From an uncultured Chloroflexia bacterium (GTDB lineage Bacteria > Chloroflexota > Dehalococcoidia > UBA2979): 64,000 nt of DNA. Position numbers and translations under genes: made by a program. How positions within the stretch are numbered: position 1 is the first letter of the stretch; every line of letters begins with the position of its first letter. The DNA is taken from the NCBI GenBank assembly GCA_963728205.1, contig CAVSIV010000006.1:1632001-1696000 (forward strand). Reading direction: 5' to 3'. The notes beneath the pieces were generated by a model. That model did no database searches. It was not told the DNA's origin and saw only the letters and a program-made list of their open reading frames with translations. Shown here piece by piece: positions 31,861-42,400 of this stretch.

Positions 31861-32026
31861 GTGACGTTCATGCGCGCACGGCGCGCCGTGGGCGGAGGTG
31901 CCCCACGCCGTGCGCGGACGTGGTCCGCCGTGGACGGAGGTGGTCCGCCCGTGGGCGGAGGCAGCCACCGGACACGGCAGGCCCGACGCCTGCCGCGCGC
32001 CGGGGTGGGCATGTACCGTCGGCGGC

Positions 32027-32548
32027 GTGACCGACGTGACATGGCGAGACGTGCTCCCGCTCGACGATCAGGCGCTGCTCGCGCAGTGCGAGGTCGATCG
32101 CTTTCGCGCGAGCGGGCCGGGCGGGCAGAAGCGCAACAAGACGGACTCGGCGGTGCGCCTGCGCCACCGTCCGAGCGGCCTCGAGGCGCAGGCGTTCGAG
32201 TCGCGCTCGCAGCACGAGAACCGCGCGCGGGCGCTGCGGCGGCTGCGGCTGACGATCGCGCTCGCGGCCGGGATGCGGGCGCCGGTAGCGCTCGACGGCT
32301 ACGCGCCGCCCCCGGAGCTCGCGGCCGCGACGGCGGGCGTGCTCGGGAAGCGCGACGCGCGCTGGCCGGCTGCCTTCGCGGCGCTGTTCGACCTGCTGGA
32401 GGCGCACGCGTGGCGGCTATCGGACGCCGCCCGCGACCTCGCGGTGACCACGGCGGCCGTGAGCCGCCTGCTGGAGCGCGACCCGGTCGTGCTGCGCGCC
32501 GCGAACGAGCGCCGCCAGGCGCTCGGTCTGCGCCCGCTGCGCGCGTAG
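32027..32548 (+). CDS. Peptide-chain-release-factor-like (RF-1 domain, GGQ) protein
   Basis: ASGPGGQKRNKTDSAVRLRH, ESRSQHENR; extra C-terminal helical/HTH-like segment. Confidence 0.82.
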   Translation: MTDVTWRDVLPLDDQALLAQCEVDRFRASGPGGQKRNKTDSAVRLRHRPSGLEAQAFESRSQHENRARALRRLRLTIALAAGMRAPVALDGYAPPPELAAATAGVLGKRDARWPAAFAALFDLLEAHAWRLSDAARDLAVTTAAVSRLLERDPVVLRAANERRQALGLRPLRA

Positions 32549-32679
32549 CCCGCGTCCGTCCCGCCGTCGCCGCCTGCCACCCAGGGGCGGCCGGAGGCGT
32601 GCCTGCCGCGCTGTCGCTACCACGGAGCGCATATAGTCCCGCCACCACTGTTTGGTCCCACCGGGAGGAAACCGCTCCC

Positions 32680-34032
32680 ATGGCCGTCAAGCGCCCGATT
32701 CGCCCCGCGGCCGTCGCGGCGGGGCCCGTTGCCGCACCCCCGCGACGCGGCGTGCTCGAGACCCTCTGGCGCCGCGAGACCCTCTACTACGGCTACTACA
32801 TCGCCTTCGCCGCGCTGGTCGCGCAGTTCGTCTCCGTCGGCAGCCAGAGCTCGGTCTCCGGCACGTTCTTCAAGCCGATGACCGACGACCTCGGCTGGAC
32901 CCGTGCCCAGTTCACCTACGCCCAGACCGTCAGCCGGTTCGTCATGGCCGGGGCCGGCTTCTTCATCGGCGTGTACGTCGACCGCTACGGCGGGCGCGTG
33001 CTGATGCTCGTCGGGTCCGTGATCCTCGCGCTGTCGCTGTTCGGCACGAGCCAGGTGCACGAACTGTGGCAGTGGCTGCTGCTGCGCGGGTTCTGCTTCA
33101 CGATCGGCGCGGCGCTGCTCGGCAACCTGGTCGTCAACATCACGCTGTCGAAGTGGTTCGTCGAGCGGCGCGGGCAGGTCATCGGGTTCTCCGCCATGGG
33201 CGTGTCGCTCGCCGGCATGGTGGTCCCGCCCGCGATGACCTGGGTCATCGACAGCGTCGGCTGGCGCACCGCGTGGGACGTGGTCGCGGTCGGCTCGCTG
33301 GTGCTGATCGTCCCGTGCGCGCTCGTGATGCGACGGCAGCCGGAGGATCACGGCCTGCACCCCGACGGGAAGACGGCCGACGAGGTGCGCAACGGCGGCG
33401 CGGCCGCGGCCGACCGGGACTTCGCGAACTCGTTCACGCGCCGCGAGGCCATTCGCACGCCGGCCTTCTACCTCATCGTGACCGCCTTCGGGATGGGCGG
33501 CGTGGGCATCGGCGCGATGCTGCTCCAGACGATCCCGTTCCTCACCGACGAGGGCTTCAGCCGCGGCACGGCGGCGCTGATGTCGACGACGATGTCGTTC
33601 CCGGCGCTGGTCTCGAAGCCCTTCTGGGGCTGGGCGATGGACGTCTGGGAGCCGAAGGTGCTGGCCGCGCTGGGGTTCGTGCTGTCGGGCGCCGCGATGG
33701 TCGTGATCGTGGTGGCGGCGAAGCAGCACGCGATGCTGCCGCTGGTGGCCGGATTCCTCGCGATGGGCTGGGGCTTCGGCGGCCAGATCCCGCTGCAGGA
33801 GACGATCTGGGCGTCGTACTTCGGGCGGCGCTACCTGGGCGCGGTGCGCTCCGTGGCGATGCCGTTCGCGCTCTTCCTGGGTGCGGGCGGGCCGCTGGCG
33901 GTGTCGTTCTACTTCGACGTCGTCGGCAACTACGACGGCGCGTTCTTCGCGGTCGGCGCGATGTGGGTGGCGGCGGCGGCGCTGGTCCTGCTCGTGCGCA
34001 AGCCCGAGCGGCCGGCGGGCCTGCCGGCCTGA
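32680..34032 (+). CDS. MFS transporter (OFA/MCT-like)
   Basis: YVDRYGGR, KWFVERRG, ASYFGRRYLG, about 12 TM. Confidence 0.88.
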   Translation: MAVKRPIRPAAVAAGPVAAPPRRGVLETLWRRETLYYGYYIAFAALVAQFVSVGSQSSVSGTFFKPMTDDLGWTRAQFTYAQTVSRFVMAGAGFFIGVYVDRYGGRVLMLVGSVILALSLFGTSQVHELWQWLLLRGFCFTIGAALLGNLVVNITLSKWFVERRGQVIGFSAMGVSLAGMVVPPAMTWVIDSVGWRTAWDVVAVGSLVLIVPCALVMRRQPEDHGLHPDGKTADEVRNGGAAAADRDFANSFTRREAIRTPAFYLIVTAFGMGGVGIGAMLLQTIPFLTDEGFSRGTAALMSTTMSFPALVSKPFWGWAMDVWEPKVLAALGFVLSGAAMVVIVVAAKQHAMLPLVAGFLAMGWGFGGQIPLQETIWASYFGRRYLGAVRSVAMPFALFLGAGGPLAVSFYFDVVGNYDGAFFAVGAMWVAAAALVLLVRKPERPAGLPA

Positions 34033-34092
34033 AGCGGCAGCACGTCTCCCGCCGCCTGCGAACGGACTGCGGGGCGGGACACGACGCGAGCG

Positions 34093-34335
34093 TTACGCCG
34101 CGGGGGGCTCGAGCACGCCCGCCTCGCGCAACTGCGAGAGGCGGCGCCACTTCGCGTCGGCGTGCGCGATGTCGGACCAGTGAATCAGCAGCGACGTGAA
34201 CTCGTCGCGCGAGGTCTCGACGACGAGTCGCTCGGTGATCTCGCCCGGCAGCTCACCGCGGTGCTCGCGGGTGAGATCGGCGAACCACGGCAGCTTGCCG
34301 AGGACGGACTGGAGCGGTGGGAGTTCCTGTTCCAT
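34093..34335 (-). CDS. Small hypothetical protein
   Basis: 80-aa ORF with normal codon bias directly downstream of clpS on the same strand. Confidence 0.55.
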   Translation of the reverse strand: MEQELPPLQSVLGKLPWFADLTREHRGELPGEITERLVVETSRDEFTSLLIHWSDIAHADAKWRRLSQLREAGVLEPPAA

Positions 34336-34378
34336 GCCTCGATGGTCGTCACGGATCGGGAATTTCTTGAGCGGCGCG

Positions 34379-34696
34379 CTATCCGCGGCGGATCGTGGCG
34401 GTGAGGCCGTGCTGCTGGAGGCGATCGCGGTAGAGCTCGGCGCGCTCGAGCGGGCACGTGATCACGTCGGCGCGGCCGTGCAGGTGCGCGGTCAGCATGA
34501 TCTCGGCCGCGCGCTCGGTGGACAGCTCGGGGACGCTCACCAGCAGCGCGTGCACGACGTGGTTCATGTCGTTCACGTCGTCGTTCCAGAGCACGACGGT
34601 GTGCGGCGGCAGCGTCTCCTCGAGCGAGCGGGTGCGCTCGCGTGTCTCGACCTCGGGGGCGGGCGGCGGCGGAGGCGGCTGAGGCGGCCGGGTCAC
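34379..34696 (-). CDS. clpS: ATP-dependent Clp protease adaptor ClpS
   Basis: VVLWNDDVNDMNHVV, IMLTAHLHGRA; start overlaps the upstream gene's stop. Confidence 0.88.
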   Translation of the reverse strand: MTRPPQPPPPPPAPEVETRERTRSLEETLPPHTVVLWNDDVNDMNHVVHALLVSVPELSTERAAEIMLTAHLHGRADVITCPLERAELYRDRLQQHGLTATIRRG

Positions 34697-35151
34697 AGCT
34701 TCCGGTGGTCCCACGAGCGCACGCGCTCGGGGTGCACGATCACCGTCACGCGCTTGTATGCGGCGGGAGGCGGTTCAGCGCCGGCGACGGGCTCCGGCCG
34801 CGGCCGGTCGCCGTACTTCGCGCCCACGAGCTGCAGCACGCGTGCCGTGCGCTGCGGGTCGCGCACGATCTCCGCCCGCGCGTCGATCGACACGCCGCGC
34901 AACTCGTTGTAGGCGGTCCCGGTCTCGGCGAGCACCGTAATGCGCGGGTCGCGCTCGAGGTTGCGCACCTTCTGCGCGCGGCCGTACGTGGTGAAGGCCA
35001 GGCGGCCGTCGTCGTCGAGCACGAACCACATCGGCACGAGGTGCGGCCGGCCGCTCGGGTTAATCGAGGCGACCTGCAGGATGCGGGCCTCGTCCAGGAT
35101 CTCGCGCTGCTCCGCCTCGCTCAGCTCGATGCGCGAGCGCTGGTTCGTCAT
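34693..35151 (-). CDS. PPOX-class (putative F420-dependent) oxidoreductase
   Basis: GRPHLVPMWF, QKVRNLERDPR, SWDHRKL. Confidence 0.85.
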   Translation of the reverse strand: MTNQRSRIELSEAEQREILDEARILQVASINPSGRPHLVPMWFVLDDDGRLAFTTYGRAQKVRNLERDPRITVLAETGTAYNELRGVSIDARAEIVRDPQRTARVLQLVGAKYGDRPRPEPVAGAEPPPAAYKRVTVIVHPERVRSWDHRKL

Positions 35152-35327
35152 GGCCTTCGACCCGCCTCTCCGTGGGTGCCGGCCGGGGCGCCGGACCCCC
35201 GCATGGTAGTCGGGCGGCGCCGCGTGGCCGAGCGTGCGCCGCGCCCGGCGGCCGACTGGATCGCGCGGCCGTGGTTCGGTAGCGTTCCGCAGCCACCACG
35301 CGCATGCGACAAGAAGGGCCCACCACC

Positions 35328-36272
35328 TTGACCTCAATCCGGAGCCGCACACTGTTCGCGGGGGTGCTCCTCGCGACCGCGCTGATCGTCGCCGCCGGCA
35401 TCGCCTCCGCCACCGGTTCGACGCCCCCCGCCGTCATCCACGCCTGCTACAGCACCCACACCGGAGCGCTCAGCATCGCCGATGCCTCCGGGTGCAAGCA
35501 GAACGAGACCGCCATCGACTGGAACCAGGCCGGACCCGCGGGTCGCGACGGCACCACGCTGCTCAGCGGGAGCGGGGCGCCCGCGCCGGCGCTGGGCAAC
35601 GACGGCGACTTCTACCTCGATCTCGACGCCGCGACGCTCTTCGGCCCGAAGGCTGCCGGCGCCTGGCCGGCGAGCGGCGTGAGCCTGGTCGGGCCTGCCG
35701 GTCCGCAGGGCCCCGCCGGTCCGCAGGGCGCGGCCGGCGTGTCCGCGGCCGGCCAGGCGTGCCCGACGGGTGAGTACGTCACCGGCATCAACGGCGACGG
35801 CACGCTGAACTGCGCGGTCGTCGCCGGCAGCGGCGCGACGACGACGTTCTACCGCGACGCCGACGGCGATACCTACGGCGACCCGAGCGCGAGCGCGCAG
35901 GCGTCCACCGCGCCCGCGGGGTACGTGTCGAACGGCGGCGACTGCAACGACGCCGACTCGGCGGTCAACCCGGGAGCGACCGAGGTCGCTGGCAACGGCA
36001 TCGACGACAACTGCAACGGCGTGATCGACGAGGTGCCCGCCACCTACGTCACCTGGTACCAGGACTTCGACGGGGACGGTTACGGCAGCATGATCTTCTC
36101 GATCAGCGCCCCGCTCGATCCCCCGCCGCCCGGCTACACGTTGACGTCCGGCGACTGCGACGACACGAACGCGAGCGTGCATCCCGGTGTGACGGAGATC
36201 ACCGGCAACGGCATCGACGACAACTGCAACGGGATGATCGACGAGGCGCCCATCGTGGACGAGGCTCCGTAG
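35328..36272 (+). CDS. Secreted protein with collagen-like segment and two Cys/Asp-rich metal-binding (MopE-like) repeats
   Basis: Signal-like N-terminus, GPAGPQGPAGPQG, two copies of DC(N/D)D....V.PG.TE..GNGIDDNCNG.IDE. Confidence 0.8.
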   Translation: MTSIRSRTLFAGVLLATALIVAAGIASATGSTPPAVIHACYSTHTGALSIADASGCKQNETAIDWNQAGPAGRDGTTLLSGSGAPAPALGNDGDFYLDLDAATLFGPKAAGAWPASGVSLVGPAGPQGPAGPQGAAGVSAAGQACPTGEYVTGINGDGTLNCAVVAGSGATTTFYRDADGDTYGDPSASAQASTAPAGYVSNGGDCNDADSAVNPGATEVAGNGIDDNCNGVIDEVPATYVTWYQDFDGDGYGSMIFSISAPLDPPPPGYTLTSGDCDDTNASVHPGVTEITGNGIDDNCNGMIDEAPIVDEAP

Positions 36273-36301
36273 CGGCGCGCACGCGCGCCGCTGCGTCGGA
36301 C

Positions 36302-36338
36302 GCGGCCCCGTGCCTCCCGGCACGGGGCCGCTTGCGTT
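36302..36338 (+). terminator. Probable intrinsic terminator
   Basis: Perfect 13-bp stem gcggccccgtgcc/ggcacggggccgc with 4-nt loop, followed by ttgcgtt, 30 bp after the stop. Confidence 0.65.
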
Positions 36339-36443
36339 GGTGCGCGGCGCGGGTCCACGCGACGCAGCGGGCACATCGCCCGCGGCGGTCCGTCCACGCA
36401 TACTGAGCGTCGCCCCGTCGGCAGTCCGGGAAGGCGTTGCGCG

Positions 36444-37421
36444 TTGCTCCTCGACCTCGTGCTGGTCGTCGTCGGGCTGGCGCTGCTGCTGGGCGGCGCA
36501 TGGCAGCTCGTGCGCGCCGCCGTCGCGGTCTCGCTCATGCTCGGGGTCAGCCGCGTAGTGGTCGGGGCCACCGTCGTCGCGTTCGGCACCTCGGCGCCCG
36601 AGTTCGTCGTGAGCCTGGTGGCGGCGCTGCGCGGTGCGCCCGACATCGCGGTCGGCAACGTGGTGGGGTCGAACGTCGCGAACGTCGCGCTGGTGCTCGG
36701 GGTCGCGGCGGCAATCCGGCCGCTCGCGGTGTCGTACCGGCTGCTGCGCTGGGAGATCCCGGTGCTGGCGGTGGCCACCGCCGCGCTCATCCTGTTCGCC
36801 GAGAACGGGCATGTCGGCCACGCCGAGGGCGGGGTCATGTTCGCCGGTCTGATCGCGTTCGCCGTGCTCTCGCCGCGGCTGTTCCCGGAGCTGGCCGCCG
36901 CCGCCGAGGAAGAGGCGGAGGCGACCGCAGAGGCGGAGCGCGCGGGCCGCCTGCCGGCGCCGACGCTGCGCGCGGTCGCGCGGGAGCTGGGGTGGATGGG
37001 CGCCGGCATCGCCGCGCTCGCGTTCGGGGCGAACGCGGCCGTGGAGGGGGCGTCGTCGCTCGCGAGCGCCGCGGGAATGAGCGAGCTGGCGATTGGCGTC
37101 GTGATCGTCGCGATCGGCACGAGCCTCCCGGAGCTGGCGACGAGCGTCGTGGCGGCCGTGCGCAACGAGGACGAGATCGCGGTGGCGAACGTCGTCGGAT
37201 CGAACATCTTCAATCTGCTCGGGGTGGCGGGCCTGACGGCGGCGGTAGCCGGCCTGCCGGTGCGGCTCGACCTCTACCGCTTCGAGCTGCCGGCGCTGGC
37301 GGCGAGCACGCTGGTGCTCGTCCCGCTGGCATGGCCGCGCTACGAGATCAGTCGGTTCACTGGCGTCGCGCTCGTGGGGGCGTACGTGGCGTTCGTCGCC
37401 GCGACGCTGGCGTGGTCGTAG
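36444..37421 (+). CDS. Calcium/sodium antiporter (YrbG-like)
   Basis: Two alpha repeats: GTSAPE..GNVVGSN and GTSLPE..ANVVGSNIFN. Confidence 0.92.
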   Translation: MLLDLVLVVVGLALLLGGAWQLVRAAVAVSLMLGVSRVVVGATVVAFGTSAPEFVVSLVAALRGAPDIAVGNVVGSNVANVALVLGVAAAIRPLAVSYRLLRWEIPVLAVATAALILFAENGHVGHAEGGVMFAGLIAFAVLSPRLFPELAAAAEEEAEATAEAERAGRLPAPTLRAVARELGWMGAGIAALAFGANAAVEGASSLASAAGMSELAIGVVIVAIGTSLPELATSVVAAVRNEDEIAVANVVGSNIFNLLGVAGLTAAVAGLPVRLDLYRFELPALAASTLVLVPLAWPRYEISRFTGVALVGAYVAFVAATLAWS

Positions 37422-37437
37422 CCGTTCGCCGGGAGTG

Positions 37438-38199
37438 CTAGATCAACGGCCACGGCACGCAGCGGTAGCCGAACATCTCGGGGAGCACCGGGTGCGCGAG
37501 CAGGTCCGCGCACCGGCTCGCGAGCGCCGACACTTCGCGACGGGTGAGGCAGTCGCGCAGCGGCGCGGCGGGGGCGCCGTCGACGAGACAGTCGGCGGCG
37601 CGGCGCACGTCGCGCAGCCACGCCCGCGGGAGGCGCGTGCCGGCGTAGTCCCACACGACCGTTCGCACCTTCTGCTCCTCGTGGAAGCAGAGGCCGTTGT
37701 CGATGCCCCAGACGTGGCCGTCCGGGTCGAGCAGCAGGTGGCCGCCCTTGCGGTCGGCGTTGTTCGCGATCAGGTCGAAGGCCGCGAAGCGCACCAGCTG
37801 GTCGTCGAAGTCGTCGCGGTCGCGCAGCTCGAAGTAGTGCTCCGCCGGGTCGTGCTCGATGAACAGCTGCAGCGAGCCGGGGCCGTGCGGGCCGTCGACC
37901 TCGACGGTGGGCGGGACGAGGTCCCAGCCGAGCAGCAGCGCGAGCTCGTAGGCGGCGATCTCGCGCCGGTAGAGGTCGCCGGGGAAATCCCACAGCGGGC
38001 GCTCGCCGCGGCCGGGCTTGTAGACGCCGAGACCGGCGCCCGCCTCCGGGTGCTCGAGCTCGGCGATGAAGACGTAGTTGGACGAGTCGTAGACGAGGTG
38101 CAGCTCGCCGATGGCGGCGGTGCGCAGGGCGTCGACGACCGACGGGTCGCCGGGGCGCCAGTCGTTGGTGATGGTGCCGTCGGCGCCGATGGCGGTCAT
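37438..38199 (-). CDS. SCO1664-family PI3/PI4-kinase-like protein
   Basis: YKPGRGERPLWDFP, REIAAY, NADRKGGH, IDNGLCFH, PWPLI. Confidence 0.85.
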   Translation of the reverse strand: MTAIGADGTITNDWRPGDPSVVDALRTAAIGELHLVYDSSNYVFIAELEHPEAGAGLGVYKPGRGERPLWDFPGDLYRREIAAYELALLLGWDLVPPTVEVDGPHGPGSLQLFIEHDPAEHYFELRDRDDFDDQLVRFAAFDLIANNADRKGGHLLLDPDGHVWGIDNGLCFHEEQKVRTVVWDYAGTRLPRAWLRDVRRAADCLVDGAPAAPLRDCLTRREVSALASRCADLLAHPVLPEMFGYRCVPWPLI

Positions 38200-38251
38200 G
38201 CGCCTCGTCCTCCGGGAGCCGCGGTGACTTCGATTGTAGCCGCACGACTCC

Positions 38252-38340
38252 CGTCAAAGCGGCGGCAGACATGCCGCCGACAGAGCGCGGCCTCATGGGC
38301 CGCGTTGGCATCGGCGGCGTATCTGCCGCCGCTTGACGGG
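38252..38340. repeat. REP-like palindromic element, family A
   Basis: ccgtcaaagcggcggcagacatgccgccga ... tcggcggcgtatctgccgccgcttgacgg. Confidence 0.85.
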
Positions 38341-38350
38341 AGTCGTGCGG

Positions 38351-39190
38351 CTACTCCTTCGGGGGCGGCGGGCCCGTCACGACCTCGCGCGCGGTGACGC
38401 CGAGGCCGGCGCGCATCGCGCACGTGTGCATCATCAGCGTCGCGACCGGGGGGAGCGCCGCGTCGACGGCGGCGTGCGCCCGGGCGACGGCGTCGTCGTC
38501 GAGGCCGGCGCGGCGCAGTGCGTCGGCGTCGGCGGCGAGCGGCTGCGCGAGGAAGCGCGCGCCCGAGCGCGCGTAGAAGTAGAGCGCGCGGCCGCGGCGC
38601 CGGAAGTCGGGGTAGGCGACGAGGTGCTGCAGCTCGGCCCACGCCGGCTCGAGGTAGCGCGGCCAGGTCGCGACGGCGCGATAGACCTCGGGGGGCTCGC
38701 GCAGCCGCAGCGCCTCCGCGATCTCCGGCAGCGGCGGGCGGTCCGGCGGCGCGAGGGGGATCGCGGTCGCGAGGTGCGCGTCGTCGCGCTCGGTCCGCGC
38801 CCGCGGCTCGGCGCGCCCCTGCCCGCCGACGCTCGCGCGGTCCTTCGCCTCCGCGAGGGCGGCGAGGAGCAGCAGGAGCTGCGGGTGCGTCCAGTGGAAG
38901 ACGTCGAGCACGGCCTCGACCTGCGCCATGTCGTCGCCGTCGAGCCCGCCGGCCTGCAGCGAGTCGCGCGAGAGTACCGGCTCGTAGACGGCCTCGACGG
39001 CGTCGAGCGCCATGTCCGTCATGTAGAGCGCGCTGCCGAGGAATCCCGCGGTGTCGACCGACGGCGCGAGCTGCGGCCACACGCACTCGAGGAAGCCGTC
39101 GACGGCTCCGAGGTCGCGCACGGCGCCGGGGACGAAGGGGATGCGCAGCGAGCGCGCGATCTCGTCGAGCAGGGAGTCGGGTGCCGGCAT
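38351..39190 (-). CDS. DehI (group I haloacid dehalogenase)-like protein
   Basis: Two-repeat helical pattern: EIARSLRIPFV..FLECVWPQL and EIAEAL..YRAVATWPRYLEPAW; recognised by pattern only. Confidence 0.55.
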   Translation of the reverse strand: MPAPDSLLDEIARSLRIPFVPGAVRDLGAVDGFLECVWPQLAPSVDTAGFLGSALYMTDMALDAVEAVYEPVLSRDSLQAGGLDGDDMAQVEAVLDVFHWTHPQLLLLLAALAEAKDRASVGGQGRAEPRARTERDDAHLATAIPLAPPDRPPLPEIAEALRLREPPEVYRAVATWPRYLEPAWAELQHLVAYPDFRRRGRALYFYARSGARFLAQPLAADADALRRAGLDDDAVARAHAAVDAALPPVATLMMHTCAMRAGLGVTAREVVTGPPPPKE

Positions 39191-39420
39191 GCGCGGAGGA
39201 TAGCGCCTCGGTGCGGGCGGACCGGCTGCAGCGCCGGCCCGACGCGCGACTCCCGTCGTTCCCGCGCGCCGTCGGTGGCACGCCCGCCCCGGTCGTGTAC
39301 GGGCGAGCGCCCGCGCGTCTCCGGGGCGAGACCGGCAATTCACTGGTACCCCTGCCCCGCCGTGCGCGCTGCTCCTTAGCGTGATCCCCGTCGCGAGACC
39401 AGGGCCGGTGGGAAGGACGC

Positions 39421-42400
39421 GTGCCGCTGATGCGCCGCGAGCCCTGGCGCGCCGCGCTCATCGCGGTGGCCGTCTTCGCCGTCGTCCTCGTGCTGACCGC
39501 GCCCGTGCGCGTCGCTGCGGACGACGCCGGCGCGGGCGCGCCGCCGTCCGCGGCGGAAGCGCCGACGGCGACGCCGGTCGCGACGGCGACCGCAGCCCCG
39601 ACCGCACCCGCCGAGATGGCGGGCACCCCGACGCCGACGCCCACGCCCTCGACCACGCCGACGCCGGCAGCGACGCCCACGTCGACGCCGTCAGCGACGC
39701 CCGCGTCGACGCCGTTGCCGCAGCCCGCAGCGACGTCGACGCCGTCAGCGACGCCCGCGTCGACGCCGTTGCCGGAGCCCGCTGCGACGTCGTCGCCGTC
39801 CCCGGTACCGACCGCGACGCCTTCCCCGGCGCCCGTCGTCGGCCCGCCGCTCGACGGCGCCGTCTACAACGGCGACTTCGAAGGAGCGCCGGGCCTCGAC
39901 GGCTGGACGCACCACGGCGGGACGCTGGAACTCCGCGACGCAGGCGGCGGCCACGCGGCTGCGCTGTCGTCGGACACGACCTCGACCAAGTGGCTCGAGC
40001 AGCCCGCAGGGGTTGCGCCCGGCGGGGCCTATGCGCTGAGTGCAGACGTCGCGGCCGATGCCGGCGTCGACGCGGTGTGGCTGCGCATCGCCTGGTATGC
40101 GAGCGCCGACGGCAGCGGGTCGCAGCTCAGCACGTCGGACTCGGCGGCGGTGGGCGCCGCCGAGTCGGCGCATCTCGACACCGGCTCGCAGCAGGCGCCG
40201 CCCGGCGCGCACAGCGCGCGCGTGCGGGTCGTACTGCGCCCGGCAAGCGGCGCGCCCGCCGAGGTGCTGGTCGACCACGTCGCGCTCGGCGCGGCGATCG
40301 TCCCCACGCCCACCCCGACGCCGACGGCCGCCCCGACCGCGACACCGACGGCTGCTCCGACCGGGACGCCGACGGCCGCCCCGACCGCGACGCCGACGGT
40401 CGCCCCGACCGGGACGCCGACGGCCGCCCCGACCGCGACGCCGACGGCTGCCCCGACCGCGACGCCGACGGCCGCCCCGACCGCGACGCCGACGGCTGCC
40501 CCGACCGCGACGCCGACGGTCGCCCCGACCGCGACGCCGACGGCTGCCCCGACCGCGACGCCGACGGCCGCCCCGACCGCCACCGCGACGTCCGAGCCGT
40601 CGGTCACGCCCACTCCGAGTCCGACTTCCACGCCCACGCCAACCGCGACGCCCACGCCAACCGCGACGGCGACGCCCGGCCCGACCGCATCGCCCGAGCC
40701 GACGTCTCCGCCGGGGCCACCACTGCTCGAGGCCGTCTACAACGGCGACTTCTCGCTCGATCCGGACCTCGACGGCTGGGTTGCCCACGGCGCGGAGGGC
40801 ACGGTCGCGGAGGACGCGGCAGGCAACCGCAGCGCGCTCCTCACGTCGCACTCGTCGTCGACGACGTGGCTGGAGCAGCTCATCCGGGTGACGCCCGGAC
40901 ACTGGTACGCGGCGAGCGCGGTGCTTGCCCCCGGAGACGGCGCCGACTCCGCGTGGGTGCGCCTGGCCTGGTACCCGAGCGATGACGGCAGCGGAAGCCA
41001 GATCTCGACGGACGACAGCGACTCGGTCGTGAGCGGCGGCTCCGCGACGGCGGTCCTCGATGCCGTCCAGGCGCCCGCAGGCGCGGGGAGCGTGCGCATC
41101 CGCCTGATGCTGAGGCCGGCCGGCGACGGCCCCGCGACGCTCACGGTCGACGACGCGGCGATCGAGGCGGTCGACGCGCCGGCCGCGGCGTCGGCGGGTG
41201 CGCACGCGCCGGTTCTCCTCGCGGCCGTGTTCAACGGCGGCTTCGAGGATCCGGCCGGTCCGCTCTTCGGCTGGACGCCCCACGCCGCCGACGCGTCGAC
41301 GGTGGATCACGCCGGCGGGCACGCGGCGGTGCTGACGTCGGACGGCGGGACGTCGACGAAGTGGCTCGAGCAGCTGGTGCAGGTGGAGCCCGGGCACTGG
41401 TACGCGGCTGCGGCGTCGCTGACCGCGGGCGCGTCGGCGCAGGCGGGATGGGTGCGCATCGCCTGGTATGGCACGCCCGACGGCAGCGGCGGCCAGCTCT
41501 CGACGGACGACTCGCCCGAGGTGCCCGGCGGGATGGAGTCGCTGGTCTCGACGGGGGCGGTGCAGGCGCCCGCCTCCGCCCTGACGGCGCGCGTTCGGCT
41601 GATGCTGCGGCCGGCATCGGATGCGGTGGCGTCGCTGGTCGCCGACGACGTCTTCCTGATCGAGACGGCCGCGCCGCCGCCGAAACCCCCGAAGGCGAAG
41701 AAGCCCACGAAGAAGAAGAAGAAGGCGGACCCCGGAGACGTGCCGATCCTCGACGGCGCGCTCTTCAACACGGACTTCAGCGCGGACGTCGGGCTGGACG
41801 GATGGGCCACGCACGGTGGGGACCTCACGCTGGCGCCCCTGCCCGGTGGTGACGGCCAGGAGGGCGTGTTCACGTCGACGACCGCCTCGACGAAGTGGAT
41901 CGATCAGAAGGTCGGCGTGCAGCCGGGCGACTGGTACGAGGCCGGGGCTCGACTCGCCGCCGACGGCGGGGTCGCGTCCACGTGGGTGCGCGTGGCCTGG
42001 TACCGGACGGACGACGCCAGCGGCTCGCAGATCTCGAAGGACGACTCGCCGCCACTCGAAGACGCGTCGGCCGGAGCGTCGAGCTCCGACGCCGTCGCGC
42101 GGGCGCTGACGCTCGCCGACGGCGCGCCGACCGAGCTCTCGACAGGGCCCGTCCAGGCGCCCGACGGTGCGCATAGCGCCCGGTTCCGCCTGATGATGCG
42201 GCCGCGCGGCGCGTCGCCGGCATCGCTTCGCATCGCGTCGGTCTCGTTCGCTCGCACGTCCGCGCCCGCACCGACCGCGACGCCGTCCGCCACGCCGGCG
42301 CCCGCCGCGAACTCGACGGCGAGCAGCCTCTCATTCGAACGGCTGACCGACGGCGACTTCGAGAGCGCGCCGCCGCTGCAGGCCTGGACCGCGCACGGCG

